A DNA stretch of 64,000 nt from Eledone cirrhosa (taxonomy: Eukaryota). How positions within the stretch are numbered: the first letter of the stretch is position 1; each line of letters starts with the position of its first letter. Shown here piece by piece: positions 1 to 12,499 of this stretch. The position numbers were made by a program, and so were the translations under genes. The notes under the pieces were generated by a model, which worked only from the letters and a program-made list of their open reading frames with translations, had not been told where the DNA came from and made no database searches. The stretch is from the NCBI GenBank assembly GCA_964016885.1, contig OZ024743.1:302808001-302872000 (forward strand). Direction: 5' to 3'.

Positions 1-3000
1 TCTCCTCTCTCTCTCCACAGATCCTGCACAGTGGGCTAGCCTCCTCCTTGTAGATATGGTGCTTCAACCACTTCGTTTTGGGGGCCTGCTCCTGCGCAGC
101 CATTAGCATTCCTTCTGTAGCCTTTTTGAGGTCTCCTCTTCTCAACCAGTTCCATGTCTGTGGATCTCTAAATTCAGTTTTCTCAAAGAAGGTACTATGA
201 AGGGATTTTCCCTTAAGGCTGCTCTTCCTCCTTGATGTTATTTCCTCCTTGGGTATCCCCTGGCCTACTGTCCCCTCCTTCAGTACAGCTCAGAGCATTG
301 GCTCCTTACTATAGGTCACGTATTTGTATAGGTTGTTTTTCTCCATCTGAACACAGTCCTCTATGCTGATAAGACCTCTTCCACCCTCAGATCTCCTTAG
401 GTAGAGTCTATCGACATCACTCCTCTTGTGGAACATGTTGTAGATAGTCAATAGCTTCCTAGTCTTCCTATCCATTTCTTTTTGTTCAGCAACATTCCAT
501 CTCAGAATTCCCGCACTGTACCTAATAATAGACACAGCTCGGGAATTTACTGCGCTTATGGCATTTCTGCTGTTCAGATGTGACTTCAATACGCTCCTTA
601 CTCTCCGAATGTATTCAGTTCTTAATAATTCCTTCATTCTTTTGTTCTTTATGCCATCAGCCTCCAGAACGCCCAAATACTTGTATCCTTCCTCAGAGTC
701 AATTTCCTTTATCATCTCACCTGTTGGTATCTGGATCCCGTTACTTCTGCTCAACCTACCCCTCCTCATCACAATGACTCCACATTTACCAATACCAAAC
801 TGCATACATATATCACTGCTGAAAATACGGACAGTGTCAACAAGCACATCCAACTCCTTCTCACTTTTCCCGAAGAGCTTAAGATCGTCCATGAAGAGGA
901 GGTGATTGATGGTATGCTCTCCCCTTCCCAACTTGTATCCTGCTCTCACTTTTCGCAGCATAATGGTCAAGGGCATCAGGGCAAGGACAAACAACAGCGG
1001 GGACAGGCTATCTCCCTGGAAGACACCTCTCTTGATATTCACGCTTCCCAAGGATACTCCAGTTGATGTCAACTCTGTCTCCCAGGACCCCATACTCCTG
1101 CCCAGCAACTGTCTGATGTTATCTGCCACCCTGAAGATCTCCAGGCTTTTGGTGATCCAGGAATGAGGCACCATGTCAAATGCCTTTCTGTAGTCTATCC
1201 ATCCCATGGCAAGATCAGTGTGTCTCCTCCTGCAATTCCCCATTACCAGCTTATCAATAAGCAACTGGTCCTTTGTACCACGTGACTTCTTTCGGCATCC
1301 TTTCTGTTCGTCCGGCAACAAGTTGTTTGTGTGGAGGTGATGGTAGATTTCCTCAGACACAATGCTCGTCAACAGTTTCCACATTACGGGCAGACATGTG
1401 ATAGGTCTATAGTTGGTAACATCATTACCCTTGATTCGGTCTTTCATTATCAGAACTGTGGTACCTTTTGTCAACCACTCTGGCACCTCACCCGACACCA
1501 AGCAGTCATTGAACATGGCCGTCAGCTTCGGGTGGAGGGATGTTAAATGTTTAATCCAATACCCCTGCACACCATCTGGGCCTGGTGATTTCCAGTTGGT
1601 TAGTTTTTTGGCTTGCCCCTTAAGAGTTTCAACTGTGATACTCAAATCAGTCTGTTGCTGTGCCTGCTCACCGATCTCCCTCTGTACTGTCTCAATCCAC
1701 CCTGCCTGGGCATTGTGTCTAACATCCTGCTCCCATATTCCTCTCCAGAATGTTTTAGCTTGTTCCGCCCCAGGGATCAAGTCGTTGCCTCTTTCTTTCC
1801 CCTCAAGATGTCCAAACAGCATCTTCTGGTTGTTGTCGAACATGCGGTTCTGTTTATACTGACTGACTCTGTTCTTGTATCGCCTGATTTTGGCACTCTT
1901 TGCTACAATGCGTTGCTTCAATTCCTCTATGATAATATTTAGCTTTTTACTCCTAGTTTTGTATTTTATTTCCAGTCTATTTTTAGTGCCTATGTTTTTT
2001 AGTGTCCCATTCAGTAGTGACTCAAGCTTTCCTATGTCATTTCTCATTTCCCCGATTTGCCCACTCAGTCGCTTCTTCCACCACGGCTCTGCTCTTTCTT
2101 GTCTGTTGTTTCCTCTCGCTTTTATACCAAGTAGTTTCCTCACCGTATTTGCTGTTGCTTTGAGGATATTGTTGCACTGGTGAAGACTCCTCGCCTCAAG
2201 GTATGGGATGACTTTGTTTACCTTAGCTGTTGTTTCTTTTAACTTTTTCATGTCTACAAATCTTAGGTTCATAGGTCTCCCACTATCATTGTTCAACTCA
2301 TCTACCACTAAATTTAGGATGTCAACCGAATCTTGTCCTAGCCCGTCAGCATTCATCTCCTCAGTGGCCGTATCTCTGTTCCAGGTATTATTTATCTCAG
2401 TATTCAGATCATTGTCTGCTTCGGGTGGTTCCTCCGTTCTCAGGACCTCCTCACCTTCATTTCCCGCCGGCTCGCTTGTCTGGCATACTACACCCGCCAT
2501 CTCCAAGCCATTCTCTCTGCTCAGTTCCTCCAGTTCCAGCTCGCTTATCCACCCATTAGTTCTTATTACCCGAGCCTGCCCGGCCAATTTTTGTTCATCT
2601 AATTTAAATAAACCAATCTCGTTCCAGATGTTATGCATCCGTCTCCTGTAGCCCCTCTCCTTGGGGTTACTTTTCAGGTAGCATTGCATAACAGTTCTAT
2701 TCAATTCTTTCGTCCAGTTGGTTCTGGCCCCTTTCCTTCTTCTTCTTCCTCCAACATCAGCAGTATTTGGTTGACAGTCAGGTTCCTGCTGCTGAGCCAG
2801 GGGGCACCTGTTGGGTGAGAGTCTGTCACCTGACGTTCTAGTCTCCATTTCACCGTTATTCGAACTGTTTATGTTCGATATTTAAACACTCTTATCGGGG
2901 ATTGGCGAATGTATGTTTACATAGTCATCTGTGGATCCGCCATCCCACTTGGCCCTTGTGTGGCATTATCACCACGCTGTATACGGACACACATAAACAA

Positions 3001-3060
3001 ACAAACACACGGGCAGAAAGGGCCCCAAAAATGAATAAGCATAAGTTTCATTGTAATGTA
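1..3060 (-). mobile_element. R4/Dong-like LINE, near-intact; 3' end lies outside the window
   Basis: Single-ORF architecture as above. The 5' boundary is approximate. Confidence 0.85.
290..2848 (-). CDS. Reverse transcriptase ORF of an R4/Dong-clade (RLE-type) non-LTR retrotransposon, cut by one premature TGA
   Basis: 852-aa ORF with non-LTR RT motifs KSPGPDG, NYRPITCL, EQKGCR, WIDYRKAFD, GVFQGDSLSPLLF, HLLFMDD and YKYLG, then RLYLRRSEGGRGL. The same frame continues past the TGA at 290-292 as AVLKEG...WLRRGDLKKATEGMLMAAQEQ...PLCRICGE (start of the CCHC knuckle) to the window edge. Confidence 0.93.
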   Translation of the reverse strand: METRTSGDRLSPNRCPLAQQQEPDCQPNTADVGGRRRRKGARTNWTKELNRTVMQCYLKSNPKERGYRRRMHNIWNEIGLFKLDEQKLAGQARVIRTNGWISELELEELSRENGLEMAGVVCQTSEPAGNEGEEVLRTEEPPEADNDLNTEINNTWNRDTATEEMNADGLGQDSVDILNLVVDELNNDSGRPMNLRFVDMKKLKETTAKVNKVIPYLEARSLHQCNNILKATANTVRKLLGIKARGNNRQERAEPWWKKRLSGQIGEMRNDIGKLESLLNGTLKNIGTKNRLEIKYKTRSKKLNIIIEELKQRIVAKSAKIRRYKNRVSQYKQNRMFDNNQKMLFGHLEGKERGNDLIPGAEQAKTFWRGIWEQDVRHNAQAGWIETVQREIGEQAQQQTDLSITVETLKGQAKKLTNWKSPGPDGVQGYWIKHLTSLHPKLTAMFNDCLVSGEVPEWLTKGTTVLIMKDRIKGNDVTNYRPITCLPVMWKLLTSIVSEEIYHHLHTNNLLPDEQKGCRKKSRGTKDQLLIDKLVMGNCRRRHTDLAMGWIDYRKAFDMVPHSWITKSLEIFRVADNIRQLLGRSMGSWETELTSTGVSLGSVNIKRGVFQGDSLSPLLFVLALMPLTIMLRKVRAGYKLGRGEHTINHLLFMDDLKLFGKSEKELDVLVDTVRIFSSDICMQFGIGKCGVIVMRRGRLSRSNGIQIPTGEMIKEIDSEEGYKYLGVLEADGIKNKRMKELLRTEYIRRVRSVLKSHLNSRNAISAVNSRAVSIIRYSAGILRWNVAEQKEMDRKTRKLLTIYNMFHKRSDVDRLYLRRSEGGRGLISIEDCVQMEKNNLYKYVTYSKEPML

Positions 3061-3417
3061 GTATTCGAATGTCTGACTTAGTTTTTGTTTTTTAAGTTTT
3101 ATTTTTTCCCCCCTCTTCTCTGTCCGTCCGCCTGCTTCTCTCTTCATTCTTATTTTCTTTACGTTTTTGGGGTTTCTTTTTTTGTTTTTGTTTTTCTCTG
3201 TTTTTCTCGTTTTTTACTGTTGTTGCTGTGCTGCATTTGTTGTTTGTTTTTTCTTTTTTCTTTTGAGTCTATCTATATATTTTGATGCCTTCCTCTCTGT
3301 TAGTAGTAGGAATTCTATAATGTGGAAGTGGTAGCCAGCAGAGACTGGCGGCGTTGGCGATACTGAGACAGTGGTGGTGGTGATGTCGATACCGAGGCAG
3401 TGGTGGCGGTGATGCGA

Positions 3418-4062
3418 CCGTATTACTGTAGTGATGGTGCTGTAGTGGTGGCAGCAGCAGTGAAGGAGTCAAGGGGTGGTGGCGGCGGTGATGGGATAGT
3501 GGTGGTAATGATGGCCGTAGTGAGCGGTGGCGGTGAAGGTGAAAATGCTGTTGTGTTTAGTGTACACAGATGATGGGGTGGGTGGTGTATCTAGTTTCTG
3601 GTGTTGGTGAGTTTCGCTGTCCTATATAGTGTAGCCAGAGGAGAGGAGGGGGGGGGGGGTCTTCTTCTTCCATTTATAGCCATTTTATTTTTTTTTTTTG
3701 GATATACAGTGTACAATACAAAGTTGAATATTTGAATATTTGAGCCGTATTACTGTAGTGATGGTGCTGTAGCGGTGGCAGCAGCAGTGAAGGAGTCAAG
3801 GGGTGGTGGCGGCGGTGATGGGATAGTGGTGGTAATGATGGCCGTAGTGAGCGGTGGCGGTGAAGGTGAAAATGCTGTTGTGTTTAGTGTACACAGATGA
3901 TGGGGTGGGTGGTGTATCTAGTTTCTGGTGTTGGTGAGTTTAGCTGTCCTATATAGTGTAGCCAGAGGAGAGGAGGGGGGGGGTTCTTCTTCTTCCATTT
4001 ATAGCCATTTTTTTTTGGATATACAGTGTACAATACAAAGTTGAATATTTGAATATTTGAGC
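3418..4062. repeat. Tandem duplication of a ~325-bp GGT-rich unit
   Basis: ccgtattactgtagtgatggtgctgtag...gaatatttgaatatttgag occurs at 3418-3744 and again from 3745, nearly identical apart from homopolymer lengths. Confidence 0.95.
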
Positions 4063-4248
4063 CTTATAACAATATATTTTGGGTCCGAATTTGTTTGGGG
4101 CTCAAGCCGGGTGCTTTACGTAGCATTTGTACTAAGAGTTGTTATTTCACAAATGATTTAAATATGTTAAAAATTCAAAACTTACGGGAGCGATTTCATG
4201 ATCTCCGTCACCTCGTGCGTCTTCTTCCCTTCTTCTTATTATTATTAT

Positions 4249-4279
4249 TTGCATTTATCTTGCTTTATGTTTATACGAG

Positions 4280-4281
<2 letters not shown>
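4249..4281 (-). mobile_element. 33-bp 3'-terminal remnant of the Dong-like family, embedded in (TTA)n
   Basis: ttgcatttatcttgctttatgtttatacgagtt matches the termini at 51562 and 56148 with one mismatch and has TTA repeats on both sides (4236-4377). Confidence 0.85.
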
Positions 4282-4365
<84 letters not shown>

Positions 4366-6212
4366 CATTATTATTATGTTCTTTGTCGGTCCATCGTCAC
4401 GTGATGCAGGTTGCACTCGTAAGTTTTTTGTGATTCCCATTGTTATTCAATTTTTTTTCAGAAAATGTGTTGTTCTTTCATTGCTTAAATTACCTGTAAC
4501 ATCGTGAGTTGTTTTCCTATTACATACGTGTAGCCCATATAGGAAAAATGTTTGTATTTTTCCAAATACTCATCTAATTGGTTTGAAAAATAATTGGAGG
4601 GACAGTTGTTTTACGTTCTCCAGGAAGAACCACCGACTATCCATAGAAAGGATAAGCTAAAATTAACAAAATATCGACAGCACAAGCAAACAAGACAGGA
4701 AAATCATCACCGTAAATGAGACACTTTTTCCGCAGTTTGTCGTCTTGGCAAAGCTGTAATCCTAAGTCAAACGAAAATCAAGAAAGCCTGCTTTGCATAT
4801 TGAGTGCTGCTAGGCACTCACGACCTTCTAACAGTCGGACCATGCAGTCAGTGTAGATTTAATTCTAATGTTTTATAGAGGAGTAGTCGTGGAGAAGCAA
4901 TGCAAAGTTCGGGAACAGTCAGGGACTATGGTCTAAGTCCAGAAACCCCTGGTTTGACAATGCTGTCGTTTCAAGACAAACTCTACCAACACGGAAATCC
5001 TGGCAGACGGATTTGCCAAAGGGACTCGCACATAATGAAACAGTTTTCTAAGAACGTAGTGTTCATGCCTTAAAGACATGTGAAGTCTCGTCGAACTGCT
5101 TTTATTGCATGTGGGGCGGATCTGGCTACGACCGAGTTATCGTAAACTTCAATCCACTGCTTTTTTAGCGGCAAGTGCATATATTTTCTATCCTAGTGCC
5201 ACTGTCATAAGTGGTCGTGCGGTAGAAGCTGCTGAAACAACTGTAGACAGATTCTTGCCTCGTTAACGGAGAATTCATCAAGTGAGTGTCTCGGTGGTGC
5301 TGCCACTAGTATATGTGTTAAAGATGGATGAATATAGCGAATATGGCCCACGTGAATGACCTTACACTGATCATACACCTGTTGGCTAAAGTAATTGGAG
5401 AGGAGAGGCGATCTATCTTAGGGTTCAGTTGTAGTGCAGGTATGTTTAATATGTGTGTGGTTCCTAAGTTAACCGTAAATGTTACTCCCTCTTTTGACGA
5501 ATTATATTTTCTATGTAGTAATCATTATTACCCGTTATCGTTTTTTTTGCACGATTTTATGCAAACACCTACTGACCTTGTTTTTTTTCCTTCATGTTAT
5601 AGTATGTTATATGGAAGCTGTTTTATCCGTCAATATTAGAAATACAGCATAATGGCTGTGCCTGTAGAACAGGTGAGACACATGTCGTCTGACAGTCAGT
5701 AAAGGTCGGTAATCTACCTTGTTTAAATGTTGCGGTGGGAAAGAAAACGCTCATGATTCCTGGATCCCTAAAATGAGTAGTATTTACATAACAGGTCAAC
5801 AGAGTGTACAACAAGTCTCCAGCATAAAACTCATCAGTTTTGCTACAAATAAATTAAACTACTACATTAAAAATATTCAACACGGAACTATTATTTTATT
5901 GAGATAATATTAAGTTGCAATGGCAACAATTATACGATATACACTATATGTATTAGGCTGAGATCGAGTCTGTTCTTCAGGCTGGAAGGTACAATATATT
6001 CAGCTACTTCTCCTAATATTTGTGCTACGAATTCGCCATGGTTAACATATCTATGAATTTTGGTGTCAATTATTAACGGCCATTTAAATGCCGGTTATGA
6101 TTCCTGTCTTGCTTTCTTAATTTCTATAACATTGTATCGCCGCTTTCTCTCTCAAATAAATCTAATGGCTTCACAACGATTCCACAGGAGCTATGGCTGA
6201 AAGTACGTGATG

Positions 6213-6326
<114 letters not shown>

Positions 6327-6400
6327 ATTTAGAGTTTACACTCAAGGGGTCATTTACATTTATGTTAGCTCTAAGAAAGAAGCATTTCTGAGCAGTACAA

Positions 6401-6876
6401 TACAAGTTAATATAAATTAATATATGATAAACACTTACGTGTTTTTATTGTAATTGACAATAAATTAGCTAGAATGAAATATCTTAATTCAAATACATAT
6501 AGTATGCCTGTATCGATCTAAAACATAATAAATCAATACTCACAAACACATATCGGCAAAAGGCCTTGGTACCTAGACAAGTTTAAATTTCAAAATTCAA
6601 ACTTTTTCCGCAGATCAGTCCGAACTTCAAAATGTAAACATGTTTCACAAAGGATGGTATAATAGTGAAATAATTAATTAATTGTGAAATAATTAATTTT
6701 CTGTGTTTATCAATAGGTAACCTGTTGCCGATATGTGTTTGTGAGTATTGATTTTTTAGATCGATACAGGCAGACTATATGTATTTGAATTAAGATATTT
6801 CATTCTAGCTAATTTATTGTCAATTACAATAAAAACACGTAAGTGTTTATCATATATTAATTTATATTAACTTGTA
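6401..6876. mobile_element. MITE/foldback element with ~160-bp terminal inverted repeats
   Basis: tacaagttaatataaattaa...cacatatcggcaa (6401-6558) is the reverse complement of ttgccgatatgtg...ttaacttgta (6725-6876). TA at both ends; no ORF. Confidence 0.85.
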
Positions 6877-6894
6877 TATATATATATATATATA

Positions 6895-7202
6895 AGGAAA
6901 AAAGATGAAATCGAAAATGCATCTGGAATCATTTTTAAAATAAATATATATTTATCTGGTTCCTTTACCGGTTTCGCAGTTCTTCTGCTTTTCAAAAGTA
7001 GAATTGAGATGGACGGTTTGTGGTTTTTCTCACATGTCAGAAAAATCACAAACCCTCCATCTCAATTCTACTTTTGCAAAGCAGAAGAACTGCGAAACCG
7101 GTAAAGGAGCCAAATAAATATATATTTAAAAAAAGAAAAGTCTACAGTTGCATTTTCGATTTCATCTTTTCCCTTATACTTTCACTCGTGTAGGACACCT
7201 CG
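6895..7202. repeat. Head-to-head inverted pair of a repeated (probably PLE pseudo-LTR) segment
   Basis: Palindrome centred at acatgt (~7034). The same segment recurs at 18004-18200 and 20661-20868, each next to (TA)n. It contains cGAAAC-CG-GTA, resembling the 3' half of a minimal hammerhead. Confidence 0.75.
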
Positions 7203-8120
7203 TATGAATATGTGTATATATATATATACACATATACATACATATACACATATATGTGTGTGTGTGTGTATGTTTGTGCGTGTGTATCTTCAATATTAAG
7301 TCTATTCACTATGCTGTGTGTTTTGTTGTTGATGTTGGTAAGTGACGCATTATTTGTTTTTCTATAATTTTTCCTGAGTTTCTTTATATATGAACTCATT
7401 GTAATTTTCAATATCCATGTGATATAGATTTCCAGTTTTGTCCGAGTGGACATGGATTTTTTTAGATTTTTTTAGGTCCAATAGGGTAGAATCAAGGTCC
7501 TTTTGAAAATTAGATTTATACCTCTTAAATTTGAGGTGTTTGATTAAATTAAAAAGGTCTTTCTCAAAGTTTTCAAGTAAGGAGTTGTGTGGTGGATTTT
7601 TATATGTAGTGAAATCATACAAGTATTTCCTATCAGTACATTTTGATTTTTATCGAAGTGGTAGGCCCTCCATCTGATTCTTCTGATAAATTGGTTGGTT
7701 TTTTGTATCATAAGAAGTAAGACATCATCCTTAGAAGGTAATGGTATATTCTTTAAAGAAGTTCCCAAGTATTGCTTTTCCATTGTGATATGGATAATGG
7801 ACAAGAAAAAGAGCTCAACTATTTGTTATATAGAGTTATAGAGTTATACACATATATGTATATATATATAAATATATATACACATACAATATAAAAATAA
7901 GAATATCCCCATGAAAATAGAAGCAAAGTATGTAGATAAATCTACCAAAAGTTTACGGTAGTGTCCAATCCGTATGAAGAACTCAATGTAATCCGGATAT
8001 CATGAAAAGAGAAGATGCATTCAAAAACTACTTTCGGTGAAAAATAAACGGAAAACAGAGTCAAGATAAATTAATAAAATAATGAATAAACAAAGACACA
8101 GTTCCTTATATTAAAAAAAT

Positions 8121-8262
8121 TCATCATTTTACGATCGTTTCTAGGATATATATGTGTTAGAGTTGGTATGCATATTATATAGATCTATGTACAATATTTA
8201 TACAAACTATCAGACGGAATATACATACCTACACATATATATGCTGTCTTCAGAAATAATGA
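8121..8262 (-). ncRNA. Type I hammerhead ribozyme with ~105-nt stem II (PLE pseudo-LTR)
   Basis: Minus strand reads tcattattt-CTGAAGA-[long hairpin]-GAAAC-GATC-GTA-aaatgatga. Confidence 0.75.
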
Positions 8263-8931
8263 TATTTGTTTATTGAAAAAAACAAAGATTCAATACAATA
8301 GGTCTGTTTGGGAACAGGTTTTGAATTGACCAATAGAGAGATAGTGAGGGTCAGGATAGTAATATAGTAGTAGAAGAACCTTAAATTATGGGTAGAGGAA
8401 GGTAGATGTCAGTTTTGGATGGAAAAGAATATTATGAATGAAGGATTATTTGAGGGAAGAAATAGGTCTTATGCTGACCTCAGAAATAATTTTATTTTTT
8501 CATTGAATAAAACCAACAAAGATCTAATATATTCTGTCTGTTTGGTAAGAGGTTTAGAATTAACCAATAGAAAGTTAATAATTGGCGTAATGGTAAAATA
8601 GTAGTAATTGAAGCTTATTTTAGGGGTGAAAATAGGTCAGGTGGTCAGTAAAACGTATACTAGCAGTTGCTGTTATAAAATAGTAATGCCAATACAAATA
8701 TCTAAGGTGACTAAAGTTTTAAGATAAGAATGTTAGTGAAAAAAATACATCTATGAAAAGAATATAAATTAATTTAATTGATGGGTATATTTATATTATT
8801 ATACTAATACATATAGATATGATAAATAAGAGTTAGATGCAGTTGAAAAGTGCTGTTAAAGATTAGGGGAAATTAAAAGAATATATAAATAATATATATA
8901 TATATATTTACTCATACATATATATACACAT

Positions 8932-9001
<70 letters not shown>

Positions 9002-9124
9002 TTATATATATACATATATATACATATATATACACATACATACACACACACATACACACATATATCTATATATATACATATACATATATATACACAAATA
9101 TATATATATATATATATATACACA

Positions 9125-9160
<36 letters not shown>

Positions 9161-9773
9161 CATAGATATATACATGCATATATACATACATACACATACA
9201 TATACACACACATATACACTTATATATACATATAATTATTGGGGGGTGGGATTAAGTTTATTAGTGAGAAATAGTAAATATATATAGTTTTCAAGGAACA
9301 TAGAGTCATAACCTGAAGTTAAAGCATTATATATGTTTACTTAATGGTATCAGTTTTAGGAAATGATATCTGTAAGAAGGAAAGCAAAATTATGTAGTTC
9401 ATCAGTAGTAGAATATGAATTATAGATTAACTAAATTAAAAATAGGTTATATATTAATTTCAAAAGTGTATATTAATTAGGTTTATAATTTTTAAAGCAG
9501 AATTATGTAGTTCATCAGTAGTAGAACATTAATTATAGGTTAACTAAATTAAAAATAATTTATAAATTAATTTCTAAAGTGTATATTAATTAGGTTTATA
9601 TTATTTAAAGGTTTTTCTCAGTTTATGATTACAAGATATTATTAATTCCTGTCGCTTATTTAATAGGATATCCTTAGATTTCATTATTTCAAAAAGTTCT
9701 TGGGAACATAATCTGCATTCATTTCTACTATTTTGATAAAGGCTGGCCCTTTTGAGCACACTCCAGGTCAGGT

Positions 9774-9856
<83 letters not shown>

Positions 9857-9954
9857 ACTATCTTAACCCTCACTATCTCCTGATTGGTCAATTCAAAACC
9901 TGTTCCCAAACAGACCCATTGTATTGAATCTTTGTTTTTTTCAATAAACAAATA

Positions 9955-10096
9955 TCATTATTTCTGAAGACAGCATATATATGTGTAGGTATGTATATTC
10001 CGTCTGATAGTTTGTATAACTATTGTACATAGATCTATAGAATATGCATACCAACTCTAACACATATATATCCTAGAAACGATCGTAAAATGATGA
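9955..10096 (+). ncRNA. Type I hammerhead ribozyme with ~105-nt stem II (inverted pseudo-LTR copy)
   Basis: Stem I tcattattt/aaatgatga; CTGAAGA 9964-9970; stem II arms atatatatgtgt/acacatatatat and ggtatgtatatt/aatatgcatacc; GAAAC 10076-10080; palindromic ACGATCGT; GTA triplet 10085-10087. Confidence 0.78.
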
Positions 10097-10162
10097 ATTT
10101 TTTTAAATATAAGGAACTGTTTCTTTGTTTATTCATTATTTTATTAATTTATATATATATAT

Positions 10163-10252
10163 ATAGGAACCAGTAAGACCCCGACGGCTGAGCTCAAGCC
10201 GTTTCGACGGCTGAATTAGCCGTCGAAACGTCGGGGTCTTACTGGTTCCTAT
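10163..10252. repeat. Short palindrome built from the 3' half of a PLE-type hammerhead region
   Basis: ataggaaccagtaagaccccgacg...cgtcggggtcttactggttcctat. The minus strand holds GAAacggct-tgagctc-agccGTCgggg, homologous to 33451-33495. Confidence 0.7.
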
Positions 10253-10333
10253 TACCCACTCTACTACCCTAAGTATTGAGTACTTTGCTGCGTTATGGTC
10301 CACCTGGCTCCTTACCACATTTCCTTCGTTATA

Positions 10334-10404
<71 letters not shown>

Positions 10405-11023
10405 GTTTGTGTGTGTGTGTGTATATAGTGAAGAATAAGTTTCCATGATGTATATATACATTTATGTGTGTGCGTGTGTAAAAAACAACAACATATTTAT
10501 TATTGCTTTCTAGCCGTATTTTAATATAAGTCCGATTATTTTCATAAAATACACACTTTCATCCTTAATATGATAAATATATATGATTATTAATTTAAAT
10601 CTCTTCTTAAATCACTCATATTTAAAAAAAAAATATAAAAACGCCAAATGAACTATAGAATATTATCTCATTATTTCAGCAATTCCATTCTAATGTTCTG
10701 TTTTAACAATACGATTATATATCAAATCGCATTTAATGTGCGAAGATGTCATAAAAAAGGCTAAATACGTTATTGATATCATATTCGCTTTAAATCTATA
10801 AACAGAGAAGTTAAGGAGGTAAAGAAAATATGTCGACTTGGTATAACTAGCAACAAGAATACAGAGTTATGCTCTGATATATTATTAAGTATTTCATATG
10901 TAATTTATTTTATAATAATAACACAATATATTTCGTTTACGTATCTACTAGTAAATTATCCATCCGTCCCTCCTTCGATACATACAGAAACAAATTGATT
11001 CATACATACGTACGTTCATATGT

Positions 11024-11575
11024 GATGGCTGCCCCCTCATTATCGAGTATGGCCATTGCACGATATACCATTATTAATAATTATTAATTAATTCTATCGT
11101 GCAATGCCTATGCGTGAAATAATTTTAAAATGATGAAAGACTGTGCACTGAGCCAATCCTACTCTCTGAGCGACAGTATCTATAACCCGAAAAGAAGAAA
11201 AGATCAACATAATTGGTAACTACTGAGCCGCAGGTTTTATATCGATCGGAATTATCCCAGTTTCCTGAGTTGCCTTCTCCTAGAAGAATTCCCTGACAAT
11301 ATCTAGGGGTCCTTCACTCCCACTGATTTAACTGTGCGGTACATGTGTTTATACATATCTACACACTTTTGAATGGCCGTTGACCATTATCAGCACTTCC
11401 GCCCTTTGTCAGGTTTTATATTTTGTCCCGCAGCGTTCCAAAATCACCTTCTTCACCAAGTAAACTTGGTGGGGTTGCCGGTTTAGTAGCCGACGACCCG
11501 ACCAAGCGACAGGTTGTACTGGTTTACATGATACTATGAAGCACTCAAGAGTGACCAGACATAATCTCCGTATAT
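11024..11575 (-). mobile_element. RTE-derived non-autonomous element (diverged copy)
   Basis: The reverse complement shares the 5' block (ggtcgggtcg..actaaac.ggcaaccccaccaag, ctaggagaagg.aactc) and the 3' block (tggcc.tactcga.aa.gag..ggcagcca) with the units at 16634-17871. Confidence 0.65.
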
Positions 11576-11895
11576 ACATACATAGATACATACGCACATA
11601 TACAAACTCAAACACACACACACACACGCGCGCGCGCGCTCGCGCACGCACAAGCACACACACATACACACACACATTGCAGTATGTTATTTATTACCCC
11701 TATTACCAACGATGCTATTCCTTATTGACTGCTAATTAATGGTAGCATGAGCCTCTGCAGTTGACGTTTACTACGTATGAAGTAGGGTTTAGATTATTCT
11801 CGTCTCAGTTCCGATGATGCAAATAGATGCTTACCATTTTTCTCGGCTACTTAAATATGGTCACTTCTTTAACCATTCATGGAAAGTCACTCGCG

Positions 11896-12196
<301 letters not shown>

Positions 12197-12499
12197 ATAA
12201 TAATAATAAATTTGAAGACGAACGTCCAAAGAGGGCTCGATAAGGATAAATATATATCAAATACATAAGAACCCTAGAGCAAATATTAATTTAAATAATA
12301 GATTAAAGTTTAAGCAAAGAATCGCTGCTTTCACCCTTAACGGTATCTTCTGAAACTAAAAAAAATCAACCTGTGAACGAAGAAATATAATCGACACAAT
12401 CCATGGGGTTGAAAAGGCAGAGAGACAAGAAGGCGCCCAAACATTTAGTTGTTTTTCTAGTCTGGTCGGCCGCATTCAAGGAACCAACAAACAAATAAT

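Larger units (their letters stand above)
7280..10150 (-). mobile_element. Penelope-like element remnant: ORF C-terminus, 3' UTR/pseudo-LTR and ORF N-terminal tail, plus an inverted pseudo-LTR
   Basis: 9775-9601 encodes LTWSVLKRA...CRLC...LLNKRQELIISCNHK (C-terminus of a PLE GIY-YIG region). 7804-7280 encodes frameshifted SLKNIPLP...RIRWRAYHF...FEKDLFNLIK...SDKTGNLY (PLE RT N-terminus). 8070-8360 is repeated inverted at 9855-10150. Confidence 0.8.

Noticed and set aside
558-2818. Plus-strand ORFs overlapping the Dong RT (and similar ones over other LINEs)
   Set aside because: They are antisense shadows of the RT frame with no motifs of their own.
4600-5330. Possible decayed DNA-transposase or host exon sequence (also 35850-36900 and 37740-38130)
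   Set aside because: No sustained ORF or recognisable motif; it would need a translated homology search.
5825-5985. Isolated CTGATGA and CTGAAGA on the minus strand (also at ~19436)
   Set aside because: No compatible GAAA-stem III-NUH or closing stem; expected by chance.
9384-9605. CTGATGA on the minus strand of a ~114-bp tandem duplication
   Set aside because: A GAAA-TTAAT-A partner exists, but stem I does not pair beyond 2 bp.
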